A DNA stretch of 61,572 nt, counting the filler, from Deltaproteobacteria bacterium (GTDB lineage Bacteria > JAEEML01): the NCBI GenBank assembly GCA_016283195.1. It is 4 parts of 4 records of this genome, joined end to end, with 100 filler letters (N's around TTAATTAATTAA, not from the genome) between each part and the next. Parts side by side here need not be neighbours in the genome. Positions count along the whole stretch, not along the records: positions 6,061 to 24,392 come from JAEEML010000002.1; positions 24,493 to 52,720 come from JAEEML010000045.1; 2 more parts are not named here. One strand, given 5' to 3'. Numbering within the stretch: position 1 is the first letter of the stretch; each line of letters begins with the position of its first letter. The notes under the pieces are model-generated. The model ran no database searches, had not been told where the DNA came from, and was given only the letters and a program-made list of their open reading frames with translations. Positions 18,691 through 29,069 of this stretch are shown one piece after another. The translations under genes and the position numbers were made by a program.

Positions 18691-19682
18691 GGCACCTTCC
18701 TGATGAGGGTATTTTGTAAAATAACCGAGAGAATGAGCAAAATGAGGCCGGTAATTAAAAAAGGCACATAGCGCTCGTTATATTCCATGTGTTCTTTGAC
18801 TTTTATCTCCACTTTTTCCATCTGGTCGATGAGTTTATATATCTCAGTGAGCGACTTGGTATCGGTCGCCCGAAAATAACGCCCGCCAGTCAAAGTGGCC
18901 ATTTCGGTAAGCGTCTTTTCATCTATATCCACATCTTCATAGCGCACTCTTTTGCCAAAAATCGTCTCTTCGATAAAGGGCGCTTTGCCGCGCGTGCCCA
19001 CTCCCACGGTATAGAGCTTAATACCAAAAGTAGCGGCAATTTCCGCCGCTCTTTTGGGGGCAATTTCGCCGCTGTTATTTTGGCCATCAGTCAAAAGAAT
19101 CACCACTTTGCTCTTGGATTCAATCTCCTTTATGCGCTTTACGGCAATCGCCACTGCATCGCCTATAGCCGTAGCATTGGCCCCGGCATGGCCTATCCCT
19201 ATATTGTCCAAAAAATTAAGTAAAACGCCATGATCGAGAGTCAGCGGGCACTGCGTAAAGGCATGCTCGCCAAAAACCACCAGACCGAGGCGGTCGGCCG
19301 GGCGGTTTTTCACAAAATTGGCCACCACCTCTTTGGCCACCTCAAGACGCGTCCGCTTGGTGGTGTCAAATTCCAAATCGCGAGCCTCCATACTGCCGGA
19401 AGTATCCAGAGCCAGAATAATATCAATACCGTTGGTTTCCATCTCGCGCAGGGTGTGGCCGAATTGCGGCCTGGCTAAGGCAATCACCAAAAAGATAAAG
19501 GCCAAAACCTCTAACGCAAACGGAATATAAAGCAGGTACCAGCGCCCGCCGCGCCCCGCTTTTTTGAGGGCCGAAAGGTCGGAAAAACGGATTTTCCCGC
19601 CTTTATGCCCCCAAAAAGTTAAGTAAATAGCCGGGATCAAAAGCAAAAGCAGAAAGAAAAATTCCCAATTGGCAAAGCGCAT
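18687..19682 (-). CDS. batA: VWA-domain protein BatA
   Basis: ALARPQ, DTSGSM, TAIGDA, LLTDGQNNSG, TGGRYFRA. Confidence 0.88.
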   Translation of the reverse strand: MRFANWEFFFLLLLLIPAIYLTFWGHKGGKIRFSDLSALKKAGRGGRWYLLYIPFALEVLAFIFLVIALARPQFGHTLREMETNGIDIILALDTSGSMEARDLEFDTTKRTRLEVAKEVVANFVKNRPADRLGLVVFGEHAFTQCPLTLDHGVLLNFLDNIGIGHAGANATAIGDAVAIAVKRIKEIESKSKVVILLTDGQNNSGEIAPKRAAEIAATFGIKLYTVGVGTRGKAPFIEETIFGKRVRYEDVDIDEKTLTEMATLTGGRYFRATDTKSLTEIYKLIDQMEKVEIKVKEHMEYNERYVPFLITGLILLILSVILQNTLIRKVP

Positions 19683-19684
19683 TT

Positions 19685-20698
19685 TTAATCCTCTTCCGGC
19701 TCCGCTTCGGCCGTCAGCTCACGCGTATCATCAACAAAACGCTTCACTTCGGCGAGCTCTTCATTGCCGTTTTCTTTTTTAAGCAAAATACCGGCATATT
19801 TAACCCGATCAAAAGAGCGCAGCATATTGATAGCCGCCCGCGAGTGCAAATCATCGAGAGTATTAACTTTATAGAGCACGCTGCTGAGCTCTTCCGTCGT
19901 CATATCGGTGGCATTAACTTTAAAGCGGTTTTCCACATATTCTTTCAATATAAACGATAAGTTAAAGAAATAGTTCCGCTGCTGTTTTTCATCACCCAGC
20001 GGGGTATCCAGCAATTTGGCCAGGCGGTCATAGGCTATTTCATGAGCCGGGCGCTTTACCAATTCGACAGTATCTTTTTTCTTTTTCAGAAAATAAATAA
20101 TGGCCGCACCGCCGGCGGCTATGATTAAAATTATAACTAAAAGCCATGGAAATTTGGCCGGCACTTTGGGGAGCGGCTTAAGGTCGCGCAGAGTGAGGCT
20201 GCCGCCGTCGGCTATTCTGGAAGCCACATCGAGATATATTTCGGCCGTTTTAGCCGTTAAAAGCGCACCATTTTCACTGGCGCCGTCACCTGCCTCCAGG
20301 GTATCGGAGGCAGCGTCACCGCTATACCACTCCGGGCGGCCGTAATTTATTTCCATAGCCGGCAAAATATAGGCGCCGCTGATATCAGCCCTAAGTTTAT
20401 ACCAATATTTGGTAATAATACGGCCGGCGACTTCTTGCGGCTCGTCTTTGCCGGCATCGGTTACTCTAAGGCCCTCTATCTTAGCTCCAAATTGGGGAAT
20501 ATTCACCGTGAGGCGGGCATCGCGGTCCACAGTGACAGTGTATAAAATAGTGTCGTTGGTGGAGGGGCTCGCATTATCAACCGCCGCTCTGAGTTGCAAA
20601 GGCGGCTGCGCCGGCGCAAGTGCCTCTTTGGGCTGCCGGCAGGCAGAGAGACACAGAAGGCCGGCCACAAGCCATACTAATTTTCCTTTAAAAATCAT
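19685..20698 (-). CDS. BatD-like/DUF4381-like lipoprotein with transmembrane anchor
   Basis: Lipobox LSAC, Ig-like region, LRDLKP-TM segment, ATDMTTEE, DRVKYA; lies within the Bat operon. Confidence 0.65.
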   Translation of the reverse strand: MIFKGKLVWLVAGLLCLSACRQPKEALAPAQPPLQLRAAVDNASPSTNDTILYTVTVDRDARLTVNIPQFGAKIEGLRVTDAGKDEPQEVAGRIITKYWYKLRADISGAYILPAMEINYGRPEWYSGDAASDTLEAGDGASENGALLTAKTAEIYLDVASRIADGGSLTLRDLKPLPKVPAKFPWLLVIILIIAAGGAAIIYFLKKKKDTVELVKRPAHEIAYDRLAKLLDTPLGDEKQQRNYFFNLSFILKEYVENRFKVNATDMTTEELSSVLYKVNTLDDLHSRAAINMLRSFDRVKYAGILLKKENGNEELAEVKRFVDDTRELTAEAEPEED

Positions 20699-21699
20699 TT
20701 TATTTCCTCAGCCAGATTTTCCGGAAAGAACTCAGCTTCTTCAACAGCCAGTGCCTCTTCCAAAAGATCGCCATAAACCTTTTGCAATTTTTCGCTCATA
20801 TAGGCTTCGGCTACTTTGGGGCGAATATCGGCAAAAGCCGGCGCGGCGCCGTCCTTGGGCGTAAAGCGACTCTTATTGGCTTCATAATAATTTTTCAGAT
20901 CGTCTTCTTCTATCTTACCACGACTTAAAAGCTCATTTTGCAAGAGTTTTTGCACCAAAAGCTGGCGCGTTAGCTGCACTAACTGGCGGCGCACTTCCGG
21001 GTCTTCGTCCAGTTTTTGCCTTAAAGCTTTGCGCTCTAAAAGCTCCTCGGCCACAAAGGCCCGGGCAAAAGCCATTTTTTGCTCCGGCGTATTTACCTTG
21101 CCGGCCATTTGCGGCGGCAAAGCGGCTAAAGCCTGCTCTATATCGGCCACAGTAATAGAGGTGTCACCCACTTTGGCAAAGAGTTTGCCGCCGCGCTCCT
21201 TAGCCGCTTTGCTATCCAGATTACTGGCCGTTTTCAGGGCATAGCGGGCAGCGCCCAGTTTTTTAAGCCCTTCCAAAGAGGCCACTATTTTGGCCGCTAT
21301 CTCCCCTTTTAAGGCGCCGGGCGGATTGGATTCATCAGCCAAATAGAGAAAAGTCAGCGCCCGCTCGTAGTTGCCCTCTTCGAGATAGAGCGAGGCAGCA
21401 GTAAAAGCCAGTTTGGCCCGCTCTTCGCCAAGTAGTTCCTCTTGTAAAAGATAGGTAGCGAGCAAATCGGCGGCCTGACTTTTCACTCCGGCCCCCCTAA
21501 GGCGGCCGGCTGTCTCACGCAGCACTTTGGGGGAAATTTCGCTTTTTAATTCCACCTCTTTATGAGCCGAAAAATAGTAAAAAGCACCCAGCGAAGCTGC
21601 GAGCAAAAGTGTCCAAAGCATAATAAAAACAGTGCGTTTATCAAAGAGCGGGCGCTTTACCGTCTGGGTGCGCGTCCGTAAATCTGCCAAATCGTCCAT
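20695..21699 (-). CDS. Membrane-anchored TPR plus SurA/PrsA N-terminal-like chaperone
   Basis: N-terminal TM, TPR-like helices, AKVGDTSITVADIE, LKNYYEANK..F, FADIRPKV. Confidence 0.6.
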   Translation of the reverse strand: MDDLADLRTRTQTVKRPLFDKRTVFIMLWTLLLAASLGAFYYFSAHKEVELKSEISPKVLRETAGRLRGAGVKSQAADLLATYLLQEELLGEERAKLAFTAASLYLEEGNYERALTFLYLADESNPPGALKGEIAAKIVASLEGLKKLGAARYALKTASNLDSKAAKERGGKLFAKVGDTSITVADIEQALAALPPQMAGKVNTPEQKMAFARAFVAEELLERKALRQKLDEDPEVRRQLVQLTRQLLVQKLLQNELLSRGKIEEDDLKNYYEANKSRFTPKDGAAPAFADIRPKVAEAYMSEKLQKVYGDLLEEALAVEEAEFFPENLAEEIK

Positions 21700-21717
21700 A
21701 AGCTCTCCACCTATTAC

Positions 21718-22689
21718 TTAATAGCCAATATAAATAGCTTGACGCCCCGGCCGGCCGCTCACTCTAAAGTAGCGCACCAGCTGGTTGGTATAAGGCTTAT
21801 CGGTTGAAATATCTATCAAATCAACGCTCATGCCGGCCAAGAGATGGCGCAGTTCCTCGCTTCTTTTGGCGGCGAGTTTCTTAAATTGATCTCTTACGCG
21901 AGCGCTGCCGCTATCAAGGAGGAGTGTCTGGCCGCTTTCGGCATCTAGGAGCTCAATAAAGCCGATATTGGGGAAGGTGCGCTCTCTGGGATCGGAGATA
22001 TTTACCGCCACCACCTGATGACGGCCCGCAAGGCGCCTTAAGGCCTCGTCAAAACCTGTGCCCAAAAAGTCCGATATCAAAAAGACAACCGCCCGGCGGT
22101 GCAAAACTTTGCCCAAATAATCGAGCGCTGCGCCTAAATCGGTAGCCCGCTCCTCGCTGTTTTGCCGCAAAATAGCTCTAATGACCCGCCAAACGTGGTT
22201 TTTGCCCTTTTTGGGCGGAATATAATTTTCCACCTGGTCGGAAAAGGTTAAAAGGCCCACTTTATCATTGGAATGAATAGCCGTATAAGCGAGCGTGGCT
22301 GCCACTTCGGCCGCCACCTCATGCTTAAATTTGGCGCTGGTGCCAAAGCGGCTGGATCCGCTGACATCCACCACCAAAAGCACTGTGAGTTCGCGCTCTT
22401 CGCGGTATTCTTTTACAAAGGGCACGCCGCTTCTGGCTGTGACATTCCAATCAATAGTGCGCACATCGTCACCGGGCTGATAGGTGCGCACTTCCTCAAA
22501 TTCCATACCGCGCCCTTTAAAGGCGCTAGTATATTCGCCGGCCATAGCCTCACTCACCTGATGGCGCACTCTAAGCTGAATGGCCTGAATCTGGGCCAAA
22601 AGCTCCGGCGAGAGCAACTCGGCATCACCTATCTTGGGCGGCGCCTCCTGGGGCGTTTTTTTAAATAAATTATGGAAGAATTTCCACAT
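21718..22689 (-). CDS. DUF58 domain protein
   Basis: GRGMEFEEVRTYQPGDDVRTIDWNVTAR; ISDF. Confidence 0.92.
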   Translation of the reverse strand: MWKFFHNLFKKTPQEAPPKIGDAELLSPELLAQIQAIQLRVRHQVSEAMAGEYTSAFKGRGMEFEEVRTYQPGDDVRTIDWNVTARSGVPFVKEYREERELTVLLVVDVSGSSRFGTSAKFKHEVAAEVAATLAYTAIHSNDKVGLLTFSDQVENYIPPKKGKNHVWRVIRAILRQNSEERATDLGAALDYLGKVLHRRAVVFLISDFLGTGFDEALRRLAGRHQVVAVNISDPRERTFPNIGFIELLDAESGQTLLLDSGSARVRDQFKKLAAKRSEELRHLLAGMSVDLIDISTDKPYTNQLVRYFRVSGRPGRQAIYIGY

Positions 22690-22702
22690 ATTATCTCACC
22701 TG

Positions 22703-23692
22703 TTACGGCACATCCACGCGGTCGAAAATCTGCATGATAATATCATCTGATGTTAGATTCTGGGCCTCGCCCTCATAGCTTAGAGCCACACGGTGGCGCA
22801 GCACATCAAGGCCTATGGTCTTTATATCCTGCGGAGTTACATAAGAGCGGCCATTCATGAAAGCGAGCGCCTTAGCCCCCTTATTCAAAAAGATGGAAGC
22901 ACGCGGCGAAGCGCCGTATTGAATGAGCCCTTCCAGTTTATCCAGGCCGCAAAGTTTGGGTTTTCTCGTGGCATAGACAATATCCACAATATATTTTTGC
23001 AACTTTTCGTGGATTTTCACTTCATCAACGATTTCGCGGGCCGCCAAAATATCTTCCGGCGTAGCCACTTTGTTTACCGTGAGCTTTTCATTTTGCCCCA
23101 TGCGCTGCACAATGGTGAGCTCCTCTTCTTTGGAGGGGTAATCCACTTTTAATTTAAACATAAAGCGGTCCACTTGGGCTTCCGGCAAGGGATAAGTTCC
23201 CTCCTGCTCAATGGGATTTTGCGTGGCCATCACCAAAAAGGGTTTAGGGAGCTTAAATGTTTCGTCGCCAATGGTCACTTGCCGCTCCTGCATGGCTTCT
23301 AAAAGCGCACTCTGCACCTTGGCCGGCGCCCGGTTTATTTCATCGGCCAGCACCAAATTGGCAAAAATCGGCCCTTTCTTTACGGTAAATTCGCTGGTAG
23401 CCGGGCGATAAATTTGTGTACCGGTAACATCGGCCGGCAGCAAATCGGGCGTAAACTGAATACGGCTAAAAGTGGTGCTTAAAGCTTCGCTCAAAGTATT
23501 AATGGCTGTAGTCTTAGCGAGCCCGGGCACACCTTCAACCAAAATATGACCATCGGCAATAAGGCCTAAAATAAGCCGTTCCAAAAGCTCGCGCTGGCCC
23601 ACCACCACTTTGGACATCTCATCCAAGACAGTATGAATAAAGCGGCTCTTTTCTGCTACTTTGTTATCAAGTTCTTCCAGTGGAATAGACAT
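22703..23692 (-). CDS. moxR: MoxR family AAA ATPase
   Basis: EGVPGLAKT, RIQFTPDLLPAD, DEINRAPAKVQSALLEAM, ATQNPIEQEGTYPLPEAQ.DRF. Confidence 0.95.
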   Translation of the reverse strand: MSIPLEELDNKVAEKSRFIHTVLDEMSKVVVGQRELLERLILGLIADGHILVEGVPGLAKTTAINTLSEALSTTFSRIQFTPDLLPADVTGTQIYRPATSEFTVKKGPIFANLVLADEINRAPAKVQSALLEAMQERQVTIGDETFKLPKPFLVMATQNPIEQEGTYPLPEAQVDRFMFKLKVDYPSKEEELTIVQRMGQNEKLTVNKVATPEDILAAREIVDEVKIHEKLQKYIVDIVYATRKPKLCGLDKLEGLIQYGASPRASIFLNKGAKALAFMNGRSYVTPQDIKTIGLDVLRHRVALSYEGEAQNLTSDDIIMQIFDRVDVP

Positions 23693-23878
23693 TATTTTCC
23701 TCCATAATTTCCGGCACCGGGCCGTTTGCAGCCTCTTAACCGCTAAAGTGGGGCAATTATTCCCAAGAAATGCTAATGGCCAATTTCTGTTTTCGCCACC
23801 TTCCCACCGACAAAAACTAATCTATTGATTTTAAAAGAATATCAATTTCAAGAATCGCAATTTTTGGGTATCACGTCT

Positions 23879-24307
23879 TCAAAGGCGATTACTGCCGGAG
23901 AGCTGCTCCAATTGGCTTTTTAAGATGGAATTAAGCTTTCTCGTCACGGCGCAGCGCAGATCCGCCGGGAGTTTATGCAAACGTTCTATCAGTAAAGCCT
24001 CAGCCTCGCTTAAAACCGGCTGCCCGGCCGCTTCTTTCTGGCATTGAGGCAAAAGCGCCGCTTTGATATGTTCCGGCGCGGTTTCGGCAAAAGCGAGGCG
24101 CTGCAAAGCCGCTTCATCGGCCACTCTGAATTTCAGGCAAATGCGCCGCACCACTGCCTCGGAAGGCTTGGAAACTCCGGCTTCCCACTGGCCCACATAG
24201 CCCGGGGAAACTTCCAAAACTTTGGCCATAGCCCGCTGGCTGAGCTCCTGCGCTTCCCGAAGCGCTTTAATAAAATCACCGAAGCGGCTGAATGTTGTGA
24301 GTTCCAT
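23879..24307 (-). CDS. XRE-family HTH transcriptional regulator
   Basis: FGDFIKALREAQELSQRAMA..LEVS..YVGQWEAG...PS. Confidence 0.85.
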   Translation of the reverse strand: MELTTFSRFGDFIKALREAQELSQRAMAKVLEVSPGYVGQWEAGVSKPSEAVVRRICLKFRVADEAALQRLAFAETAPEHIKAALLPQCQKEAAGQPVLSEAEALLIERLHKLPADLRCAVTRKLNSILKSQLEQLSGSNRL

Positions 24308-24392
24308 AACCTCCTCCCGGCTTTTTTAAAGCTAAACACCTTTATAAAAAGTGCAACCTTTCTCTTTACCAAATAGCGATAAAAGCTTATAC

Positions 24393-24492
24393 NNNNNNNN
24401 NNNNNNNNNNNNNNNNNNNNNNNNNNNNNNNNNNNNTTAATTAATTAANNNNNNNNNNNNNNNNNNNNNNNNNNNNNNNNNNNNNNNNNNNN
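24393..24492. other. Artificial contig linker
   Basis: N-run containing TTAATTAATTAA. Confidence 0.97.
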
Positions 24493-24493
24493 T

Positions 24494-25276
24494 ATAAGGC
24501 AGATTCAAGAAGTGAAGAATGCCATCAAGACCTATGAGCTGTATTCAACTCTGGATGCTTTTAAGGAAAAAGATTTGTTAAAAGCTCATGGGGTGATGAT
24601 GCAGGCTTTACTTGATGACGCCGGAAGCTACAGGCGCGGCGGAGTAGGAGTTTTTGGTAAAGAGGGCATAGTTCATCTGGCTCCGCCGGCTGATAGGGTG
24701 CCCTTTTTGATGAATGATCTTTTTACCTGGCTAAAAAATTCTAAAGACCACCTCTTAATTCGCTCCTGTGTTTTTCACTATGAATTTGAATTTATACACC
24801 CTTTTATTGATGGTAATGGGCGGACAGGGCGGTTGTGGCAATCGCTGATTCTCGGTAAGCTGCACCCTCTTTTTGAGCATTTGCCGGTTGAAAATATGGT
24901 TTATGCCAATCAACAGGCTTATTATGAGGCTATTAATGCCAGCACTGGTGCCGGTGAGTCGGGCCCCTTTATTGATTTTATGCTCAGCGAAATATATAAA
25001 ACACTAAAAGAGCATCAGGGAGCCCAGCTTTCGCTTGGAGGAGCAAATATTGCCGATGAGTTCGGTGTAAAGTTCGGTGTAAAGTTCGGTGTAAATGGAA
25101 AGAAAGTTTTAGAGCTACTAAATTTAAATCCGGCAATTTCGGCTGGCGAGATAGCGGAAAAGCTGGGGCTTAGTAAACGCGGTGTAGAAAAACAGCTTAA
25201 AAAGTTTCGTGATCTAAGGATAATCAGTCGTCAGGGCAGTGATAAAAACGGCCTATGGATTATTAATAAGGAATAG
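24494..25276 (+). CDS. Fic family protein with C-terminal HTH, 5' partial
   Basis: Canonical HPFIDGNGRTGR motif; C-terminal HTH ending RQGSDKNGLW; open from the gap. Confidence 0.9.
   Translation: MRQIQEVKNAIKTYELYSTLDAFKEKDLLKAHGVMMQALLDDAGSYRRGGVGVFGKEGIVHLAPPADRVPFLMNDLFTWLKNSKDHLLIRSCVFHYEFEFIHPFIDGNGRTGRLWQSLILGKLHPLFEHLPVENMVYANQQAYYEAINASTGAGESGPFIDFMLSEIYKTLKEHQGAQLSLGGANIADEFGVKFGVKFGVNGKKVLELLNLNPAISAGEIAEKLGLSKRGVEKQLKKFRDLRIISRQGSDKNGLWIINKE
25059..25094 (+). repeat. Three copies of a 12-bp in-frame repeat
   Basis: AGTTCGGTGTAA three times, encoding FGVK FGVK FGVN. Confidence 0.9.
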
Positions 25277-25366
25277 CCCTTTGGCGCTTGAAAATCGGCC
25301 GCTTTTGCAGTAAAGTGCGCGCCGAACTTAGGCCAGCCAAAGAAGGCCATAAGCGGAGTTACAATA

Positions 25367-28081
25367 ATGGGAAAATTAATTTCGGTTGGCGTGAATGACG
25401 AGATGCGCTCGGCGTATCTGGAATACGCCATGAGTGTTATAGTCGGTCGTGCCTTGCCTGATGCCCGCGACGGCTTAAAACCGGTGCATCGGCGCATCCT
25501 CTTCTCCATGCACGACATGGGGATAACGAGCGATTCCAAGAATACCAAAAAGTCGGCTTCCATCGTTGGTGAGTGTATGGGTAAATATCACCCCCACGGT
25601 GATAGCTCCATTTATGAAGCCCTGGTGCGTATGGCCCAGCCCTTCTCTATGCGCCACACTCTGATTTACGGCCAGGGTAACTTTGGTGATATGGACGGCA
25701 ACCAGGCCGCCGCCATGCGTTATACCGAAGCCAAACTCGATAAATTGGCCGATAACATGATGGCCGATTTGGAGAAAAAGACTGTCGATTTTGTACCCAA
25801 CTATGACGGCGAGCATGCTGAGCCCACCGTTTTGCCGGTGACTTTCCCCAACCTTTTGGTGAATGGTTCTTCCGGTATTGCCGTTGGTATGGCTACTAAT
25901 ATTCCCACTCATAATCTGGGGGAGACTATTGATGCCACCATTGCGATGATTCATGACCCGGAAATAACCGTGCCCGAGCTGATGAAAATCATGCCCGGCC
26001 CCGATTTCCCCACCGGCGGTATCATTTGCGGCGCGAGCGGCTTGCGCCTGGCTTACGAGACGGGGCGCGGGCTCATCAAAATCCGCGCCAAAGCGGCTAT
26101 TGAGACCGATAAGCAGGGTGCGGAATCCATCGTTATTACCGAGCTCCCATATCAAGTGAATAAGAGCGAGCTTTTGCAGCGCATCGGCGAGCTCCACCGC
26201 AACAAGATTATTATGGGTATAAGCCCCAGCAAAAAGGTGGAAGATCTCACCGATCTTGATAACGGCCTTAAGATAATAATCCATATTCAAAAAGGATTTT
26301 CGGCTGATGTGGTTTTGAATCAGCTTTATAATCAAACCCAGCTGGAAAGCTCCTTTGGTATCAACTTTTTGGCTATCGACGACGGCCAGCCCAAGACGCT
26401 CACTCTGCCTGATATGCTGCGCTGCTTTATTAAGCACCGCCGCGATGTGGTGCGTAGGCGCACTAAATTTGAGCTTGATAAGGCGAGAGCCGGCTTTAAC
26501 CGCGTGGCTGTTTTACGGGTGGCTCTGGATTATATCGACCGCATTATTGAAATTATCCGCACCAGTAAAGATACCCCCGAAGCAACGGCCCGTCTCATGG
26601 CCGAAAACTTTATTTTGAACCCGGTGATGCACGAGCTTTTGGCCCGGGCTGAGGAATATACCGCGCCTTTTGGCAAAAAGCTGAATATCGGCGATGTGCT
26701 GCACTTTAGCCGGGAGCAGGCCGAGGCTATCTTAGACCTCAAATTGCAGCGCTTAACCGGCCTGGAGCGCGAAAAACTGGAAGCTCAGGCCGAAGATTTC
26801 CGGCAAAAGATGGAATATCTTTTGGCTATTTTGCGCAGCGACAAGCGGCTCATGGAAGTTATTGTCGAAGAGCTGGAAGATGTTAAGGCCAAATTTGCCG
26901 ATAAAAGGCGCACCCAGATTGATTACACGGCTGAAGACTTTACCATTGAAGATTTAATCGAAGAGCAAAATATGGTGGTGACCATCAGCCATCAGCATTA
27001 CATTAAGCGCTGTAAACCGGCTCTCTACCGCAGCCAGCGCCGCGGCGGCCAGGGTCTCCATGGCATGGCCACCAAAGATACCGATTTTGTGGAAAAGATT
27101 TTCACCGCTTCCACTCACGATTATATGCTCATCTTTACCAATAATGCCCGTTGCTACTGGCTCAAAGTCTATGAGCTGCCCGAGGGTGACCGCACGGCGC
27201 GCGGTAAAGATATTGTCAATTTGATCGATCTCCAGCCCGGTGACTCCATTGCCGCCGTGGTGCCGGTGCGCCATTTTGACGATGAACACTTTGTGATCAC
27301 CGCCACCGAGCAGGGTATTATCAACCGCCGCTCGCTCATGGCTTATTCTAACCCGCGCTCTAAAGGCATTATTGCTACCGGTCTCACCGAGGGCGATCGC
27401 ATCATTGATGTGCAGATTTCCAACGGCAAGTCCGATGTCATTATTACCACCCGCTATGGCAAAGCCATTCGCTTTAATGAGCAGGAAATTCGCGAGACCG
27501 GCCGCACCTCTGTCGGCGTGCGCGCCATTACTCTTGGCGATGACACTACTTACGGCCCCGATGGCGTAGTGGCTATGCAAGTGGTGGCTGATGCCAGCAA
27601 AGATCTGTTGAGCGTTTGCGAAAACGGTTACGGCAAGCGCACGCCCATTGCCGAATATCCGCAGCAGCACCGCGGCGGCCAGGGGCGCATTGCCATTAAA
27701 CTCAGCGAGCGCAACGGCGGCCTGGTGGGCGTGGTGGCCTGCGAAGAGGGCGAAGACCTCATGATTATGGCCGACAACGGCATAGTTATCCGCACACCTA
27801 TCGAAGATATTCGCTCCATCGGCCGCAATACTCAGGGCGTGCGTCTCATCAATATCAATAACAAAGATGAAGACAAATTAGCCAAGGTGGTGGCTGTGGT
27901 CACTGTCGATCGTGAGCCGGAAGAGCCTGAAGAGCCTGAAGAAGTAAGCGCTAATGAAGGCGGAGAAATTCCGGAAGGTGAGGCGGAAGCCAGTGCAAAT
28001 GGCGAAAAACCCATTGAAGATACAGATGAATCTTCCAGTGAAGAATTAGCTTCGGATGCTACCCCCGCTAATGAAGAATAA
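25367..28081 (+). CDS. gyrA: DNA gyrase subunit A
   Basis: [25 protein letters not shown], catalytic AAMRYTE, GyrA-box QRRGGQG, beta-pinwheel repeats and acidic tail. Confidence 0.96.
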   Translation: MGKLISVGVNDEMRSAYLEYAMSVIVGRALPDARDGLKPVHRRILFSMHDMGITSDSKNTKKSASIVGECMGKYHPHGDSSIYEALVRMAQPFSMRHTLIYGQGNFGDMDGNQAAAMRYTEAKLDKLADNMMADLEKKTVDFVPNYDGEHAEPTVLPVTFPNLLVNGSSGIAVGMATNIPTHNLGETIDATIAMIHDPEITVPELMKIMPGPDFPTGGIICGASGLRLAYETGRGLIKIRAKAAIETDKQGAESIVITELPYQVNKSELLQRIGELHRNKIIMGISPSKKVEDLTDLDNGLKIIIHIQKGFSADVVLNQLYNQTQLESSFGINFLAIDDGQPKTLTLPDMLRCFIKHRRDVVRRRTKFELDKARAGFNRVAVLRVALDYIDRIIEIIRTSKDTPEATARLMAENFILNPVMHELLARAEEYTAPFGKKLNIGDVLHFSREQAEAILDLKLQRLTGLEREKLEAQAEDFRQKMEYLLAILRSDKRLMEVIVEELEDVKAKFADKRRTQIDYTAEDFTIEDLIEEQNMVVTISHQHYIKRCKPALYRSQRRGGQGLHGMATKDTDFVEKIFTASTHDYMLIFTNNARCYWLKVYELPEGDRTARGKDIVNLIDLQPGDSIAAVVPVRHFDDEHFVITATEQGIINRRSLMAYSNPRSKGIIATGLTEGDRIIDVQISNGKSDVIITTRYGKAIRFNEQEIRETGRTSVGVRAITLGDDTTYGPDGVVAMQVVADASKDLLSVCENGYGKRTPIAEYPQQHRGGQGRIAIKLSERNGGLVGVVACEEGEDLMIMADNGIVIRTPIEDIRSIGRNTQGVRLININNKDEDKLAKVVAVVTVDREPEEPEEPEEVSANEGGEIPEGEAEASANGEKPIEDTDESSSEELASDATPANEE

Positions 28082-28082
28082 T

Positions 28083-28988
28083 ATGCTACGCTCTCTTTTC
28101 CTGGCGCTTTTTTTAACCTTAACGCTTGCTGCTTGCCAGGAAGAGCGGGTGAGCATAGCTCTGGCTGATATTGAAGAGCTCATGTCTCAGGGGTCTGCAC
28201 CCTCTTATAAAGCTGCCGAAAAATTGGCCTATGATACGCTGAAAAAGCTTAAAGCCAATAATAGCCCGGCTGCCATAGAAGAGCGGCGCACGGTGCTCAG
28301 GGCACTTATTGAAATTAAACTTAAATTTCGCCAGGATCCCCAGGCGGCAGTTGATTTACTTAAGCAGCTTGCCGCTATTGCCGGCCCGGAAGAGCGCTAT
28401 AAAATAAAGCTCTCTATGGCTAATCTCTTTGAAAATGAACTGGGCCTTATCACTGAGGCAGTTTTTGTTTTGCAAGAGGTTATCGCCACCGCCGAAAAAG
28501 AGGGGCGCGATGATTTGGATGAGAATTATTATCGGTTGATAAAAGATCTTTTTGCTCTCCGCAAATATGAGCAGTGCCGCGAAGCTGTGCATCAACTTTC
28601 TCTTAAATGTCCTGATTCGCCCTATTTGGTGCGTAGCCGCCTTATTGAGGCCAATAGCTTTTTTATTCAGGAAGAATATCATAAAGCTATAGCTTTGCAC
28701 CGCGCTCTTTTGGAGGAGCCATTGACGCCGGAAGAGCAGGGCACGGTTTATTTTGAACTTGGCAGCTCCTACCAGATGTTAAATGAACAAAAAGAGGCCC
28801 TAGGTTATTATAAACTGGCTCTAAAAGGGCATAAGAACCCGCAAATGGTGCAAAATCACATTAGCTATATGCAAATTTTGCTGGATAACGCCAATGTGGA
28901 AAAGCAAATCCGCCGTTCCAAGTTGGAACAGGCTTATCTGGAGCGGGCCTCGCCGGAAAATGAGCACGAGATGCGCCTCATTAGGTAG
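28083..28988 (+). CDS. TPR-repeat lipoprotein
   Basis: Lipobox LAAC; TPR-like helices such as YFELGSSYQ...EALGYYKLAL. Confidence 0.75.
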   Translation: MLRSLFLALFLTLTLAACQEERVSIALADIEELMSQGSAPSYKAAEKLAYDTLKKLKANNSPAAIEERRTVLRALIEIKLKFRQDPQAAVDLLKQLAAIAGPEERYKIKLSMANLFENELGLITEAVFVLQEVIATAEKEGRDDLDENYYRLIKDLFALRKYEQCREAVHQLSLKCPDSPYLVRSRLIEANSFFIQEEYHKAIALHRALLEEPLTPEEQGTVYFELGSSYQMLNEQKEALGYYKLALKGHKNPQMVQNHISYMQILLDNANVEKQIRRSKLEQAYLERASPENEHEMRLIR

Positions 28989-29069
28989 TCTTGCTGATCT
29001 TTTCGGTAAAATACTTGAATAAATTATATTATTTTGCTAAAATAGTGCAGCTTTTTGTGGGAGGCGATT

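Noticed and set aside
23879-25276. XRE regulator and Fic as a toxin-antitoxin pair
   Set aside because: They are on different contigs separated by an artificial linker.
25475-27670. Long antisense ORFs of 320 and 238 aa
   Set aside because: Shadow frames of gyrA. The same applies to ORFs opposite mrp, yebC, the capD-like gene and others.
25367-28081. parC rather than gyrA
   Set aside because: A GyrA-box (QRRGGQG), a full pinwheel domain and an acidic tail are present.
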